In this document: in pieces, positions 1 through 9,099 of the stretch | Layout: each line of letters starts with the position of its first letter | How positions within the stretch are numbered: position 1 is the first letter of the stretch | Translations under genes and position numbers: made by a program | Assembly: GCA_041660305.1 (NCBI GenBank) | Contig: JBAZWO010000002.1 | Span: 68,739 to 132,738, forward strand | DNA: 64,000 nt | Direction of reading: 5' to 3' | Source: Patescibacteria group bacterium | GTDB taxonomy: Bacteria; Patescibacteriota; Patescibacteriia; UBA9570 | Notes under the pieces: model-generated | Databases searched by the model: none | What the model was told of the DNA's origin: nothing | Seen by the model: the letters and a program-made list of their open reading frames with translations, nothing else

Positions 1-129
1 GTTATCGATATCTTTTCTTGAAACAAGATTAACAGTCTGGTTAGCGGTTTTGAGTAATTCAACAAATTCTAAAATCTGTTGCCATTGGGCAATAGTACAA
101 TTTTTTTGCAAGAGATCTTTTAAAGGCAT
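1..129 (-). CDS. N-terminal fragment of a probable RsmG/GidB-like 16S rRNA methyltransferase (gene runs off the window start)
   Basis: Minus-strand ATG at 129..127 opens MPLKDLLQKNCTIAQWQQILEFVELLKTANQTVNLVSRKDIDN and stays open to base 1. The pattern resembles RsmG N-termini, but only 43 codons are visible. Confidence 0.3.
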   Translation of the reverse strand, partial: MPLKDLLQKNCTIAQWQQILEFVELLKTANQTVNLVSRKDIDN

Positions 130-134
130 AAATA

Positions 135-295
135 CTACCTCTCCCCATAACACCCTTCTCCAAATGCCTACCCCACCTCCCAGCCTCCTCCCCTATAAAG
201 GGAGGAGGAGAAATTTTTCCCCCTCCCTCTTTATAGGAGGGAGGGGGTTAGGGGGAGGAAGGTAGAATTGAAAGGGGGTTGGGGGATAGAGGTAG
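135..295. repeat. Composite G/C-run palindromic intergenic element (R1)
   Basis: Outer arms CTACCTCTCCCC / GGGGGATAGAGGTAG enclose hairpins CCTCCTCCCCTATAAAGGGAGGAGG and CCCCCTCCCTCTTTATAGGAGGGAGGGGG. The track ORF 50..265 is just this repeat read in frame. Confidence 0.8.
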
Positions 296-299
296 GACG

Positions 300-644
300 T
301 TACTTCACCGCCTCAACTAATTTCTTGAACACTTCTGGATAATCCTTAGCCAGCGTGCTTAACGTTTTACGGTTCAGATCGATTTTTTTCTTTTTCAATT
401 TATCAATAAATTGGCTATAAGATAAACCGTTTGGCCGTACAGCGGCGTTAATGGAAATATTCCAAATGCCACGTTGTTGGCGTTTTTTTAATTTACGACT
501 AGTGTAAGCGTGCACGCCGGCTTTAGTAATAGCGGTGCGGGCTAGGCGCATTTTATTTTTTCGGCCTAAGCGAAAACCTTTAGCGCGTTTTAATAAATTT
601 TTACGATGTTTTACATGAATGGTTCCTCGTTTAACTCTTGGCAT
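300..644 (-). CDS. rplT: 50S ribosomal protein L20
   Basis: 114 aa starting MPRVKRGTIHVKHRKNLLKRAKGFRLGRKN, a typical L20 N-terminus. Third gene of an infC-rpmI-rplT arrangement. Confidence 0.95.
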   Translation of the reverse strand: MPRVKRGTIHVKHRKNLLKRAKGFRLGRKNKMRLARTAITKAGVHAYTSRKLKKRQQRGIWNISINAAVRPNGLSYSQFIDKLKKKKIDLNRKTLSTLAKDYPEVFKKLVEAVK

Positions 645-685
645 ACTTTAATATATTATTTATTTATAATTTAATTTGGGAGGGT

Positions 686-889
686 CTAGTAATTAATTAC
701 ACTACGGGTAGTGCGTTCGATGGTTTTGTGCACAGTGCGATTACTGCGTTTGTTACGTTTGGTTTTACTGCGTTGGCGAGCATTAAAATGATCTTGTCCG
801 GCAGTGCGAATAATTAAAGTGTGATTTTTTCCACCGCTTACTTTAATACGCTTGCTAATAGTTTTTACAGTTTTAAGTTTCTTAGCCAT
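686..889 (-). CDS. rpmI: 50S ribosomal protein L35
   Basis: 67 aa, very basic, starting MAKKLKTVKTISKRIKVSGGK. Lies between infC and rplT. Confidence 0.9.
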   Translation of the reverse strand: MAKKLKTVKTISKRIKVSGGKNHTLIIRTAGQDHFNARQRSKTKRNKRSNRTVHKTIERTTRSVINY

Positions 890-901
890 AAATTAATGAT
901 A

Positions 902-1393
902 CTATTTTTTAGGTGTTAATAACGATATAAATTTGCCGCCTTGGCGTTTAATAGGAGATTCTACTATGGCTACAGTGTCTAAAGATTTAATAAATTTATT
1001 TACTACTTCGGCGCCAATTTCTGGATGAGCTTTTTGGCGGCCGCGCAATAACAATTCTACCTGTACTTTATTGCCTTTGCTAAAGAATTTTTTGGCTTGT
1101 TCTACGCGCACAGCCGTATCATGTTCACTAATGGTAGTAGATAAGCGAATGCCTTTTACTTCAGTGGATTTTTGCTTGCTTTTTTGCCGTTGTTCTTTTT
1201 TACGATTTTCGTAACGCAGTTGGCCGTAATTAACAATTTTACAAACGGGCGGATTAGCAATCGGGGACACCTCAACTAAATCAAACCCTCGACTACGAGC
1301 CTCAATCAGTGCGGCACTGGCGGACATTACGCCAAGCAAGTCACCGATTTCGCTAATTACTCGAACTTGCGGAGCGCGAATTTGTTCATTCAC
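902..1393 (-). CDS. infC: Translation initiation factor IF-3
   Basis: 163 aa beginning (V)NEQIRAPQVRVISEIGDLLGVMS, with YGQLRYENRKKEQRQK and the C-terminal domain. The start codon in the DNA is GTG (complement of 1391..1393). Confidence 0.9.
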   Translation of the reverse strand: MNEQIRAPQVRVISEIGDLLGVMSASAALIEARSRGFDLVEVSPIANPPVCKIVNYGQLRYENRKKEQRQKSKQKSTEVKGIRLSTTISEHDTAVRVEQAKKFFSKGNKVQVELLLRGRQKAHPEIGAEVVNKFIKSLDTVAIVESPIKRQGGKFISLLTPKK

Positions 1394-1444
1394 GCGATAA
1401 TGTTTTTTGGAAATACTTTTAAAAATTAATAATTAACTTAAATA

Positions 1445-1480
1445 GTGGACTTGTCCACCGAAGTCCCGAGTAATCGGGAC
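1445..1480 (-). terminator. Two stem-loops downstream of the tmRNA 3' end (possible terminator)
   Basis: GTCCCGA-GTAA-TCGGGAC (1463..1480) and GTGGA-CTTG-TCCAC (1445..1458), followed on the minus strand by TATTTAAGTT. Confidence 0.35.
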
Positions 1481-1483
1481 GCA

Positions 1484-1882
1484 GGTGGAGATGGCGGGGT
1501 TTACACCCGCGTCTAATTCGATGCCACAATACTGTACTACTAGCTTAGAACGGATTTGTATTTAACTGTTGCTTAGTAACCGTTCCACATTACAACAGCG
1601 ATCTAACTATAGGTTCACCCTACTGCGTTAGCTAAGTAGAATAGAGCTTGATAAAGTGACACCCAGGTCGTGACTATCAGGCGTCATCACGTTGGATGGT
1701 AACGGGAATTAAGCCGCTACGGGAGCAAAAGCTGGAACGCGTACAGCATTAATTAATGCCATAACGCCAGCTTTTACTTTATTTACTAAGTTTGCACTTA
1801 GAGTTTTTGAACAGATTTAAGTGATATTCAGCACTGCTAGCTAATATTGCTACAAACGATATTATAGAAGATAAACATCCCC
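1484..1882 (-). ncRNA. ssrA: tmRNA (SsrA)
   Basis: Lies directly downstream of smpB on the same strand. The 5' GGGGAUG pairs with the 3' CAUCUCC-ACC, giving a G3:U pair. A T-arm-like GCGGG-UGUAAAC-CCCGC precedes the 3' end. The internal reading frame GCA AAC UUA ... GCG GCU UAA (1795 down to 1709) encodes ANLVNKVKAGVMALINAVRVPAFAPVAA*. Confidence 0.7.
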
Positions 1883-1888
1883 TTTAGG

Positions 1889-1967
1889 CACCTCAGAAGC
1901 CCCCTAAATCCCCCTAAAGGGGGACTTAATTATACACCCCCTTTAGGGGGCTGGGGGGCTTGAGGTG
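1889..1967. repeat. G/C-run palindromic element (R2)
   Basis: Arms CACCTCAGAAGCCCCC / GGGGGGCTTGAGGTG enclose CCCCCTAAAGGGGG (1910..1923) and CCCCCTTTAGGGGG (1937..1950). Confidence 0.7.
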
Positions 1968-1988
1968 GTTAAAGCGAACGTTTATCCT

Positions 1989-2435
1989 TTAATATTTTTG
2001 TCGAAGAGCTCGGGCGATACTGCGATCTACATCGCGTTTTTTCATTTTAGCGCGCTTGTCGGCGGCTTTTTTACCACGCGCCAACACCAGTTTTGCTTTT
2101 ACAAAGCCCCTCGTAGTATACAAAGATTCTACCAATAATGTCAAGCCGGCCGTGTTTAATTTGCTAATTAGTTCGGTAATGATTTTGCGACGCAATAATA
2201 ATTTACGATCATGAATGGGTTGATAACCGCGCTGATTATTCATTTGATAAGCATTAATTTGCGCGTTTTTTAGCCAAATTTCACCCCCTTGCACCGAGGC
2301 ATACGCGCCAGTTAAATTTGCCATTCCACGCTTACAGGCCTTCACTTCAGCCCCGGTTAATATAATACCAGCCTCGTAATCTTCCAGGATTTCATAATCA
2401 AAATGTAAACGTTTGTTGGTAGTGAGTGTTGGCAT
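1989..2435 (-). CDS. smpB: SsrA-binding protein SmpB
   Basis: 148 aa containing NKRLHFDYEILEDYEAGIILTGAEVKA and a basic C-terminal tail. Adjacent to the tmRNA. Confidence 0.93.
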   Translation of the reverse strand: MPTLTTNKRLHFDYEILEDYEAGIILTGAEVKACKRGMANLTGAYASVQGGEIWLKNAQINAYQMNNQRGYQPIHDRKLLLRRKIITELISKLNTAGLTLLVESLYTTRGFVKAKLVLARGKKAADKRAKMKKRDVDRSIARALRQKY

Positions 2436-2464
2436 AAAAAATATAGTATTACTATAGCATAATG

Positions 2465-2674
2465 CCTACCTCTCCCCCTAGCCCCCTCTCCTTAAAACTA
2501 CCTTCCTCCCTAACCCTCCTTCCTCAAAGGCAGGAGGGAATAATTTCTTTAATTATCATTTCTTATCCCCCTCTCTCCTTAGAGGAGAGAGGGGGTTGGG
2601 GGGAGTGAGGTAGGTTGTTTAGGGGAAAGGGTTGGGGATAGAGGTAGGACGTTTAGAAGAAGGGGTCGGGGGAT
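2465..2674. repeat. Composite G/C-run palindromic element, about 210 bp (R3)
   Basis: Starts CCTACCTCTCCCCC and ends GGGGGATGAGGTCTAGG. It contains CCCCCTCTCTCCTTAGAGGAGAGAGGGGG and the segment GGTTGGGGATAGAGGTAGGACGTT that is also present in R1. Confidence 0.8.
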
Positions 2675-2721
2675 GAGGTCTAGGCTTGTTTTATTGTAGG
2701 TTTTATAATATAATTCGCTGC

Positions 2722-4356
2722 ATGAAGCCGGTAATTATAGATAAAATTAATGAGGCGGTAAAAAAAATTATTCAAACGGGTACTTGGCCAAATATTAAAT
2801 TACCTGCTTTTGAAGTGAATTATCCGGTTCAGCCAGAGCATGGTGACTACGCGGTTAACGTAGCTATGAAATTAGCTAAAGTGTTGCAACAAAATCCAAT
2901 GGACATCGGAGAACTGATTAAAGAAAATTTGAATTTGGATGGCATTGAACGGGTGGAAGTAGTGCGGCCGGGCTTTATTAATATTTTTGTGAACACAACA
3001 TTTTTAGCCGGCGGTGTGCGGTTAATTTTAGAACAACAAAATGATTACGGAAAAAATAATAGTGGTAATCATAAAAAATATTTAGTGGAATTTTTATCGG
3101 CTAACCCTACCGGGCCGTTACATTTAGGCAATGGCCGCGGTGGTTTTGGTGGCGATGTAATAGCGCGCGTGTTACGGGCCAGTGGTTACGATGTTATTTC
3201 GGAATATTATGTAAATGATTACGGCAATCAAACCAATATTTTAGCGGAATCAGTGATGCGCCGGTATTTGCAAAATCAAGGTATTAATGTCGATTATCCG
3301 GAAGAATTATATAAAGGGGATTATATTAAAGAGTTGGCTAAACAAGTAGTATTACCAGATGTAAAATTAGGCAATCAAGCGGCCATGTTAGCCATTAAAG
3401 CCAAAGTAAAAGACCAAGCAGTTCAGGCCATGATTAAACAGATTAAAGAATTAGTGACGCGTAAATTAAATATTCACTACGATGTGTGGAAATCAGAAAA
3501 AGCATTATATGAAAATGATGCGGTTAAAAAAACACTAGCTTGGCTAAAGGAGCGCGGATTAACGTTTGAGCAAGACGGCGCGGTGTGGTTTAATTCTAAA
3601 AAATTTGGTGATGATAAAGATAGGGTAATTGTAAAACAAACCGGCGAGACCACGTATTTATTTTCTGATATTTTATATTTAATCGATAAATTTGAACAGC
3701 GCAAAATTGATTATTGGGTGTGTTTGTTAGGCGCCGATCATCATGGTTATCAAGGGCGCATGGAAGCGGCGGTGGTGGCCATTGGTCATCGTAATAAAAT
3801 GCAGATTATTTTTACACAGCTGGTGCGCTTAATGTTTAACGGCAAAGAGTTACGCATGTCGAAACGCCAAGGTACGTTTGTTACGCTAGAAGAATTAATA
3901 GAAGACGTGGGGTTAGATGTAGTGCGGTGGTTTTTCTTAATGCACGATACCAATACGCACATGGATTTTGATTTGAATTTAGCTAAAGAGCATTCCGATA
4001 AAAATCCGGTGTACTATGTGCAATACGCCCATGCCCGCATTTGCAGTATTTTAGCTAAAGTGCCAAAATTAGCTCCGGCTCCGTTGCAATTTACTAATTC
4101 ATCTGAAGAGAGTTTGGCTAAGATATTATTGCGTTTACCAGAATTAGTAGAAGAAGTAAGCAAAACGTACCAGGTGCATAAATTGCCGCAATATGCCTTG
4201 GAAGTAGCGCGCGCCTTTCATTATTTTTATACGAAAAGCCGAGTGATTGAAGGGGAAACAGTTAATCGCACTCGGTTGCAACTAGTGCAAGCTACACAGC
4301 TTGTGTTAAAAAATACTTTACAATTAATGGGAATAAACGCACCAGAAAAAATGTGA
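2722..4356 (+). CDS. argS: Arginine--tRNA ligase
   Basis: ANPTGPLHLGNGRG (HIGH-type motif), RMSKRQG, and a C-terminus ending APEKM. I prefer the ATG at 2722 (MKPVIIDK) over the track TTG at 2686, which lies inside the repeat. Confidence 0.92.
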   Translation: MKPVIIDKINEAVKKIIQTGTWPNIKLPAFEVNYPVQPEHGDYAVNVAMKLAKVLQQNPMDIGELIKENLNLDGIERVEVVRPGFINIFVNTTFLAGGVRLILEQQNDYGKNNSGNHKKYLVEFLSANPTGPLHLGNGRGGFGGDVIARVLRASGYDVISEYYVNDYGNQTNILAESVMRRYLQNQGINVDYPEELYKGDYIKELAKQVVLPDVKLGNQAAMLAIKAKVKDQAVQAMIKQIKELVTRKLNIHYDVWKSEKALYENDAVKKTLAWLKERGLTFEQDGAVWFNSKKFGDDKDRVIVKQTGETTYLFSDILYLIDKFEQRKIDYWVCLLGADHHGYQGRMEAAVVAIGHRNKMQIIFTQLVRLMFNGKELRMSKRQGTFVTLEELIEDVGLDVVRWFFLMHDTNTHMDFDLNLAKEHSDKNPVYYVQYAHARICSILAKVPKLAPAPLQFTNSSEESLAKILLRLPELVEEVSKTYQVHKLPQYALEVARAFHYFYTKSRVIEGETVNRTRLQLVQATQLVLKNTLQLMGINAPEKM

Positions 4357-4475
4357 GACCTCATCACCCCCTAACCCCCTCTTCCCCTGCAAAGGGAAGA
4401 GGGGGAAAATAAAAATTAATAATAATTAATTTCTCCCCCTTCTCCTGCAGGAGAAGGGGGTGGGGGGATGAGGTC
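4357..4475. repeat. Composite G/C-run palindromic element (R4)
   Basis: Starts at the base after the argS TGA. Outer arms GACCTCATCACCCCC / GGGGGGATGAGGTC enclose CCCCCTCTTCCCCTGCAAAGGGAAGAGGGGG and CCCCCTTCTCCTGCAGGAGAAGGGGG. Confidence 0.85.
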
Positions 4476-4488
4476 TTAAGGAGGACAT

Positions 4489-5652
4489 ATGACACCAAGG
4501 AGGAAACCACAATTAAAAATTGGCATTGATTGCCGTACCATGCTTAATCCGGAACTAGGGGAACGGGCTGGCATTGGGCAATACACTTACCAATTAATAA
4601 AACACTTGTTAAAAATTGATAAGCGTAATAAATACGTGTTGTTTTACGATCACCGGGTAGGGGATATTAAAGAGTTTAAACGCAAACAAGTAGAACTGGT
4701 ACGCTTGCCATTATCCGAGTATAAAAAATACCTGCCATTTGCTTATTCGCACATGGTAGTTAGCCGGGTATTTGAAAAGGCTAAACTAGACGTGTTACAC
4801 GCGCCGGCCAATGTAATACCGTTACAATATAATAAACCCACCGTGTTAACCGTGCATGATTTGGCTATTTATGAACATCCGGAATGGTTTCCCTCTGGGC
4901 AAAAATTTTCTATTAAATGGTTAGTGCCCAGCAGTGTACGTAAAGCCAAACGTGTAATTGCCGTATCACACTCTACGGAAAAAGACATTATAAAACAATT
5001 TCAAATTCTGGCGGAAAAAATTTCGGTAATTCATGAAGGCGTGGCGGCGTTGCGGACGCCTAGTAAGTTAACGGCGCATCGGTTGTTAAAGCCGTATCAT
5101 TTAGGCGAAAAATATTTAGTGTATATTGGCACCCTAGAACCACGCAAAAATATTAAAGGGATTATTGAAGCGTTCGATAGTTTGGCTTGCCAAAAACCGA
5201 AACGTTATAAAAATATTCAGCTTATTTTAGTGGGGCAAAAAGGGTATCAATTTGAAGAAACGTACAAAACGATTCAGCAAGCTAAATGCGGAAAAATTCG
5301 TTATATTGGCTATGTATCAGAAAATATTAAACACGCTTTGCTTAGCCAGGCGCTAGGTTTAGTGTTTCCGTCTTTGTACGAGGGTTTTGGGTTGCCAGTA
5401 TTAGAGGCGATGCAGTTAGGCACACCGGTGATTACGTCTAGGTTGGCTTCGTTACCAGAGTTAGTAGGTAAGAGCGCGTTATTGGTGAACCCACATCATC
5501 CTACGGAATTATCATCCACTATTGATAAATTAGTTAGTAGCCAAGCTACCAGAACTAAACTGGCTAAATTAGGAAAATTACAAGCCAAACAATTTAGCTG
5601 GGAACAGTGCGCGCGCGAAACGCTGCGCGTGTACGAAAAGGTGGTTGCCTGA
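4489..5652 (+). CDS. Glycosyltransferase, GT4/group-1 type
   Basis: 387 aa with the C-terminal motif FPSLYEGFGLPVLEAMQLGTPVI. AGGAGG lies 6 nt upstream of the ATG. Confidence 0.8.
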   Translation: MTPRRKPQLKIGIDCRTMLNPELGERAGIGQYTYQLIKHLLKIDKRNKYVLFYDHRVGDIKEFKRKQVELVRLPLSEYKKYLPFAYSHMVVSRVFEKAKLDVLHAPANVIPLQYNKPTVLTVHDLAIYEHPEWFPSGQKFSIKWLVPSSVRKAKRVIAVSHSTEKDIIKQFQILAEKISVIHEGVAALRTPSKLTAHRLLKPYHLGEKYLVYIGTLEPRKNIKGIIEAFDSLACQKPKRYKNIQLILVGQKGYQFEETYKTIQQAKCGKIRYIGYVSENIKHALLSQALGLVFPSLYEGFGLPVLEAMQLGTPVITSRLASLPELVGKSALLVNPHHPTELSSTIDKLVSSQATRTKLAKLGKLQAKQFSWEQCARETLRVYEKVVA

Positions 5653-5900
5653 TTGTTAACCCACCGGCTTAAAGCCGAGACCGTGCTTATCATGATGGTT
5701 GTGGCGCTGGGCTCGCCGGTACGAAGTCCATTGCCAGCAGGCAATAGACTATTACCAGCGAGATACTGGCCAGGAACGCGCATTCTTCTTTACGCATTCC
5801 TTCTCCTTTTCAACCTTGTTATGTTCCTCTACTTCCAGCTGGAGACACCAGTTTTATAAGAGGTCTTCCAAGGTTGGCTTACAGGTTATCTCTTAACCAC
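5641..5900 (+). ncRNA. Structured non-coding RNA candidate with RNase P RNA-like motifs
   Basis: ORF-poor block that is visibly richer in G+C than its flanks. The plus strand carries GGUACGAAGUCCAUUGCC (CR-I/P4-5'-like). Later come the hairpin CUGG-AGACA-CCAG, then AGUUUUAUAAGAGGUCUU (AG-N4-AU, CR-IV-like) and CCAAGGUUGGCUUACAGG (CR-V/P4-3'-like). The ends GUGGUU (5641) and AACCAC (5895) can pair. It is short for RNase P RNA and the S-domain motifs are not evident. Confidence 0.4.
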
Positions 5901-6136
5901 TGTTTACCCTTTTATAAACAGTAGTAAAGAACAACAAATGTAACACATTAGAGCATATTTTACCACTAAAAAACGAAGATTATTCCAGCAACAAAAATCT
6001 GAAAAATAAATTAAGAAATGAAGGAAATGAACTGTACAAAAAAATCGTACAGTTGAAAATAGCCATATTTATTGTCTTAATAAGTTAGGTATGATAAGTT
6101 AAATATGTTTTAAATAGTATTAATTATTATAAATTC

Positions 6137-9097
6137 ATGCCTCATCGTCTCGAAATTCAATTTAAGGATTATAAACAAGATACCCGCGCGCAGGTGCGGA
6201 CGAAAAAAATTCAGCAGGATTTTTCTAAAGTGATCAAAGTTTATCAAGCTGATGCTTATACGTTAAGTAAAAATTTTCCGAAAAATAAGTTAATAAAAAT
6301 TGCCGAAGCGTTAACTAATCCAGTGATTCAACATTATAGTATTGATAAAAATATCATGGCCGAAAAGTTTAGCTATGCCATTGAAATCGGTTTTTTGCCC
6401 GGGGTAACCGATAATACCGGCAAAACGGCGCAAGAAATTGTGGAAGACATGTTGAAAGTGAAATTTAAAGGAGAGGAGGCTGTGTACTTTTCACAGGTGA
6501 ATTATATTGTGGGCAATATTAGCCAAGCTGAAGCAGAGGACATTGGCCAAAGTTTAGCCAATACTTTAATTCAACGGGTGCATATTAAAACTTATGCACA
6601 ATTTAAAAAAGATCACGGCATGGATGTGATCGTGCCGAAAGTTAAATTACAGGCCAAACCAAAAGCCGATATTGTTAATTTAGATATAGCAGATGATGAA
6701 TTGATAACCATTGGTAAAAGCGGCATAGCTAATGCCGATGGAACTAGGCGCGGACCATTAGCCTTGGATTTGCGAGCTATGAAAGCGATTCGGAGTTATT
6801 TTCAGAAGTTAAAACGCCAGCCCACTGATGCCGAAATAGAATCCATTGCCCAAACCTGGAGCGAACATTGCAAACACACTATTTTCGCTTCGGCCATTGA
6901 TGAAATAAAAGATGGTTTATATAAGCATTATATTCAACGGGCTACGCAAGACATCAGAAAAAAACTGGGCAAGCAGGATTTTTGCGTATCGGTGTTTAAA
7001 GACAATTCCGGGGCGATTATTTTTGACGATAACTGGCTGATTACCGATAAAGTGGAAACGCATAATTCACCATCGGCTTTAGATCCGTACGGCGGCGCGA
7101 TTACCGGCATAGTAGGAGTGAATCGCGATACGATTGGTTTTGGTCAAGCCGCTTTGCCGATAGCCAATCGTTACGGCTATTGTTTTGCCAATCCGTTTGA
7201 TGAAGAGCCAATTTATAAAGATAAAGACAAGAAAAACAAAATGTTATCACCGCGCCGAATTTTAGAAGGCGTGGTAGCCGGTGTTAATGCTGGCGGCAAC
7301 TGTTCCGGCATTCCCACCCCGCAGGGTTTTGTGTATTTTCATGATCGCTACAAAGGCAAACCGCTGGTGTTTGTTGGCACACTAGGTTTAATTCCTCGAA
7401 AAATAAAAGGTAAACCTAGCCATGTAAAAAAAGCCAATCCCGGTGATAATATAGTGATGATCGGTGGTAAAGTAGGAGCCGATGGAATTCATGGCGCTAC
7501 ATTTTCTTCGGAATCACTGTCATCGGGCAGCCCGGCTACGGCGGTGCAAATTGGCGATCCTTACACGCAGAAAAAATTGTCTGATGCGATTGTAAAAGAA
7601 GCGCGCGAGCAGAAATTATTTAGTTCAATAACCGATAACGGTGCCGGCGGTTTATCGTCATCGGTCGGTGAAATGGCTAAAGAAGCCGGCGGTTGCGAGG
7701 TGCAATTAGATAAAGTACCGCTGAAGTATCCTGGCTTGCAACCGTGGCAAATTTGGATTTCCGAATCGCAAGAACGCATGACCGTAGCCGTACCGGCCAA
7801 AAAGTTAAAGCAGTTCATGAATTTGATGGAGAGCAGAGGCGTAGGCGCTTGGGTGATTGGTAAATTTACCAATAGCAAGAAGTGCATTGTGAAATACGGT
7901 GCGCAAGCAGTGGTTGATTTAGCGATGGATTTTATGCACGATGGCAATCCAAAATATTCCCAAACCACTAATTGGCAAAAACTAGTAGTACAGCAACCAA
8001 AATTAAATAATAAATTAAATCATGCTAAAACATTTAACAAACTATTATCAAGTTTAAATAATGCTAGTTTTAGCTTTATTTCTTATCAGTATGATTATGA
8101 AGTTTTAGGCGGTTCTTGTGTAAAACCGTTGCAGGGCGTTGGTCAGGTTAATGCTGTAGCCGCAGTTACCAGGCCGGTGCTAAATTCCAAAAAAGGTGTG
8201 GTTACCTCGCAAGCGTTGTATCCAACTTATGCCGAATTGGATCCGTATAATATGGCCGCGGCGGCAGTTGATACAGCAATCAGAAACTGTATTGCAGTAG
8301 GAGGCACTTTAGACGAATTGGCTTTATTGGATAATTTCTGCTGGTGCTCGTCTACCGAACCAGAGCGTTTAGGGCAATTAAAAGAAGCGGTAAAAGCAGT
8401 GTATGATTACACGGTAGCTTTTGGTACGCCGTTAATTTCCGGCAAAGACAGTATGTTTAATGATTTTAAAGGCTTCGATAAAAATGGTCAGCCTATTAAA
8501 ATTTCTGTGCCGCCTACTTTATTAATTTCTGCCACCGGTATTGTGCCGAATACCGACAAATGCATAACTTTGGATGCGAAAAATGTCGGCGATTTAGTTT
8601 ATGTGTTAGGCGAAACGAAAAATGAATTAGGTGGCAGTGAATTTTTGGCTAGCTTAAAAATAACCGGCGGAACAGTGCCGGCCGTTAATGCCAAAATAGC
8701 AAGTAAATTATATCGCAGTTTAGAAACAGCTATTAAAAAAGAATTAGTAGCTTCGGCTTATAGTATCGGTTGGGGTGGCTTGGCCATGGCACTAGCTAAA
8801 ACTGCTATTGGCGGCAGGTTGGGCATGGAGATTGATCTAGCTAAAGTAAAAAGCACTAATGATGTAAATCAAGATGCCATAGCGCTATATTCAGAAACCC
8901 AAAGCCGGTTAGTGGTAACGGTTAATCCTAAATACAAAACCGCTTTTGAAAAAATATTGGCTGGGCAGGCAGTAGCTTTAGTTGGCCAGGTGGTAGATAA
9001 AAAATTTATGATAAAAGGGTTGAATCATAAAATCATTATTAATGTTACTGTGGCTGAATTGGAGAAAACGTATAAGAAAACATTTAAAAATTTCTAA
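6137..9097 (+). CDS. purL: Phosphoribosylformylglycinamidine synthase subunit PurL with a long N-terminal extension
   Basis: 986 aa with WSEHCKHTIF, DNGAGGLSSSVGEMA and GKDSMFN motifs. About 235 aa precede the core. purQ follows 2 nt downstream. Confidence 0.9.
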   Translation: MPHRLEIQFKDYKQDTRAQVRTKKIQQDFSKVIKVYQADAYTLSKNFPKNKLIKIAEALTNPVIQHYSIDKNIMAEKFSYAIEIGFLPGVTDNTGKTAQEIVEDMLKVKFKGEEAVYFSQVNYIVGNISQAEAEDIGQSLANTLIQRVHIKTYAQFKKDHGMDVIVPKVKLQAKPKADIVNLDIADDELITIGKSGIANADGTRRGPLALDLRAMKAIRSYFQKLKRQPTDAEIESIAQTWSEHCKHTIFASAIDEIKDGLYKHYIQRATQDIRKKLGKQDFCVSVFKDNSGAIIFDDNWLITDKVETHNSPSALDPYGGAITGIVGVNRDTIGFGQAALPIANRYGYCFANPFDEEPIYKDKDKKNKMLSPRRILEGVVAGVNAGGNCSGIPTPQGFVYFHDRYKGKPLVFVGTLGLIPRKIKGKPSHVKKANPGDNIVMIGGKVGADGIHGATFSSESLSSGSPATAVQIGDPYTQKKLSDAIVKEAREQKLFSSITDNGAGGLSSSVGEMAKEAGGCEVQLDKVPLKYPGLQPWQIWISESQERMTVAVPAKKLKQFMNLMESRGVGAWVIGKFTNSKKCIVKYGAQAVVDLAMDFMHDGNPKYSQTTNWQKLVVQQPKLNNKLNHAKTFNKLLSSLNNASFSFISYQYDYEVLGGSCVKPLQGVGQVNAVAAVTRPVLNSKKGVVTSQALYPTYAELDPYNMAAAAVDTAIRNCIAVGGTLDELALLDNFCWCSSTEPERLGQLKEAVKAVYDYTVAFGTPLISGKDSMFNDFKGFDKNGQPIKISVPPTLLISATGIVPNTDKCITLDAKNVGDLVYVLGETKNELGGSEFLASLKITGGTVPAVNAKIASKLYRSLETAIKKELVASAYSIGWGGLAMALAKTAIGGRLGMEIDLAKVKSTNDVNQDAIALYSETQSRLVVTVNPKYKTAFEKILAGQAVALVGQVVDKKFMIKGLNHKIIINVTVAELEKTYKKTFKNF

Positions 9098-9099
9098 TT

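Noticed and set aside
50-265. 71-aa plus-strand track ORF (MSNSTNSKICCHWAIVQ...PPPSLLPYKGRRRNFSPS...)
   Set aside because: It overlaps the minus-strand RsmG-like start, and its second half is just the G/C-run palindromic repeat R1 read in frame (low-complexity P/G/R). It is not a gene.
5496-5896. Three overlapping track ORFs (5496-5783 minus, 5653-5859 plus, 5699-5896 plus)
   Set aside because: They are mutually overlapping with no protein-like composition or motifs. The region is better explained as a structured RNA (see the RNase P-like candidate). I also tested an SRP RNA reading (GGAA tetraloop and AGCA motif) on both strands and could not form the helix-8 core.
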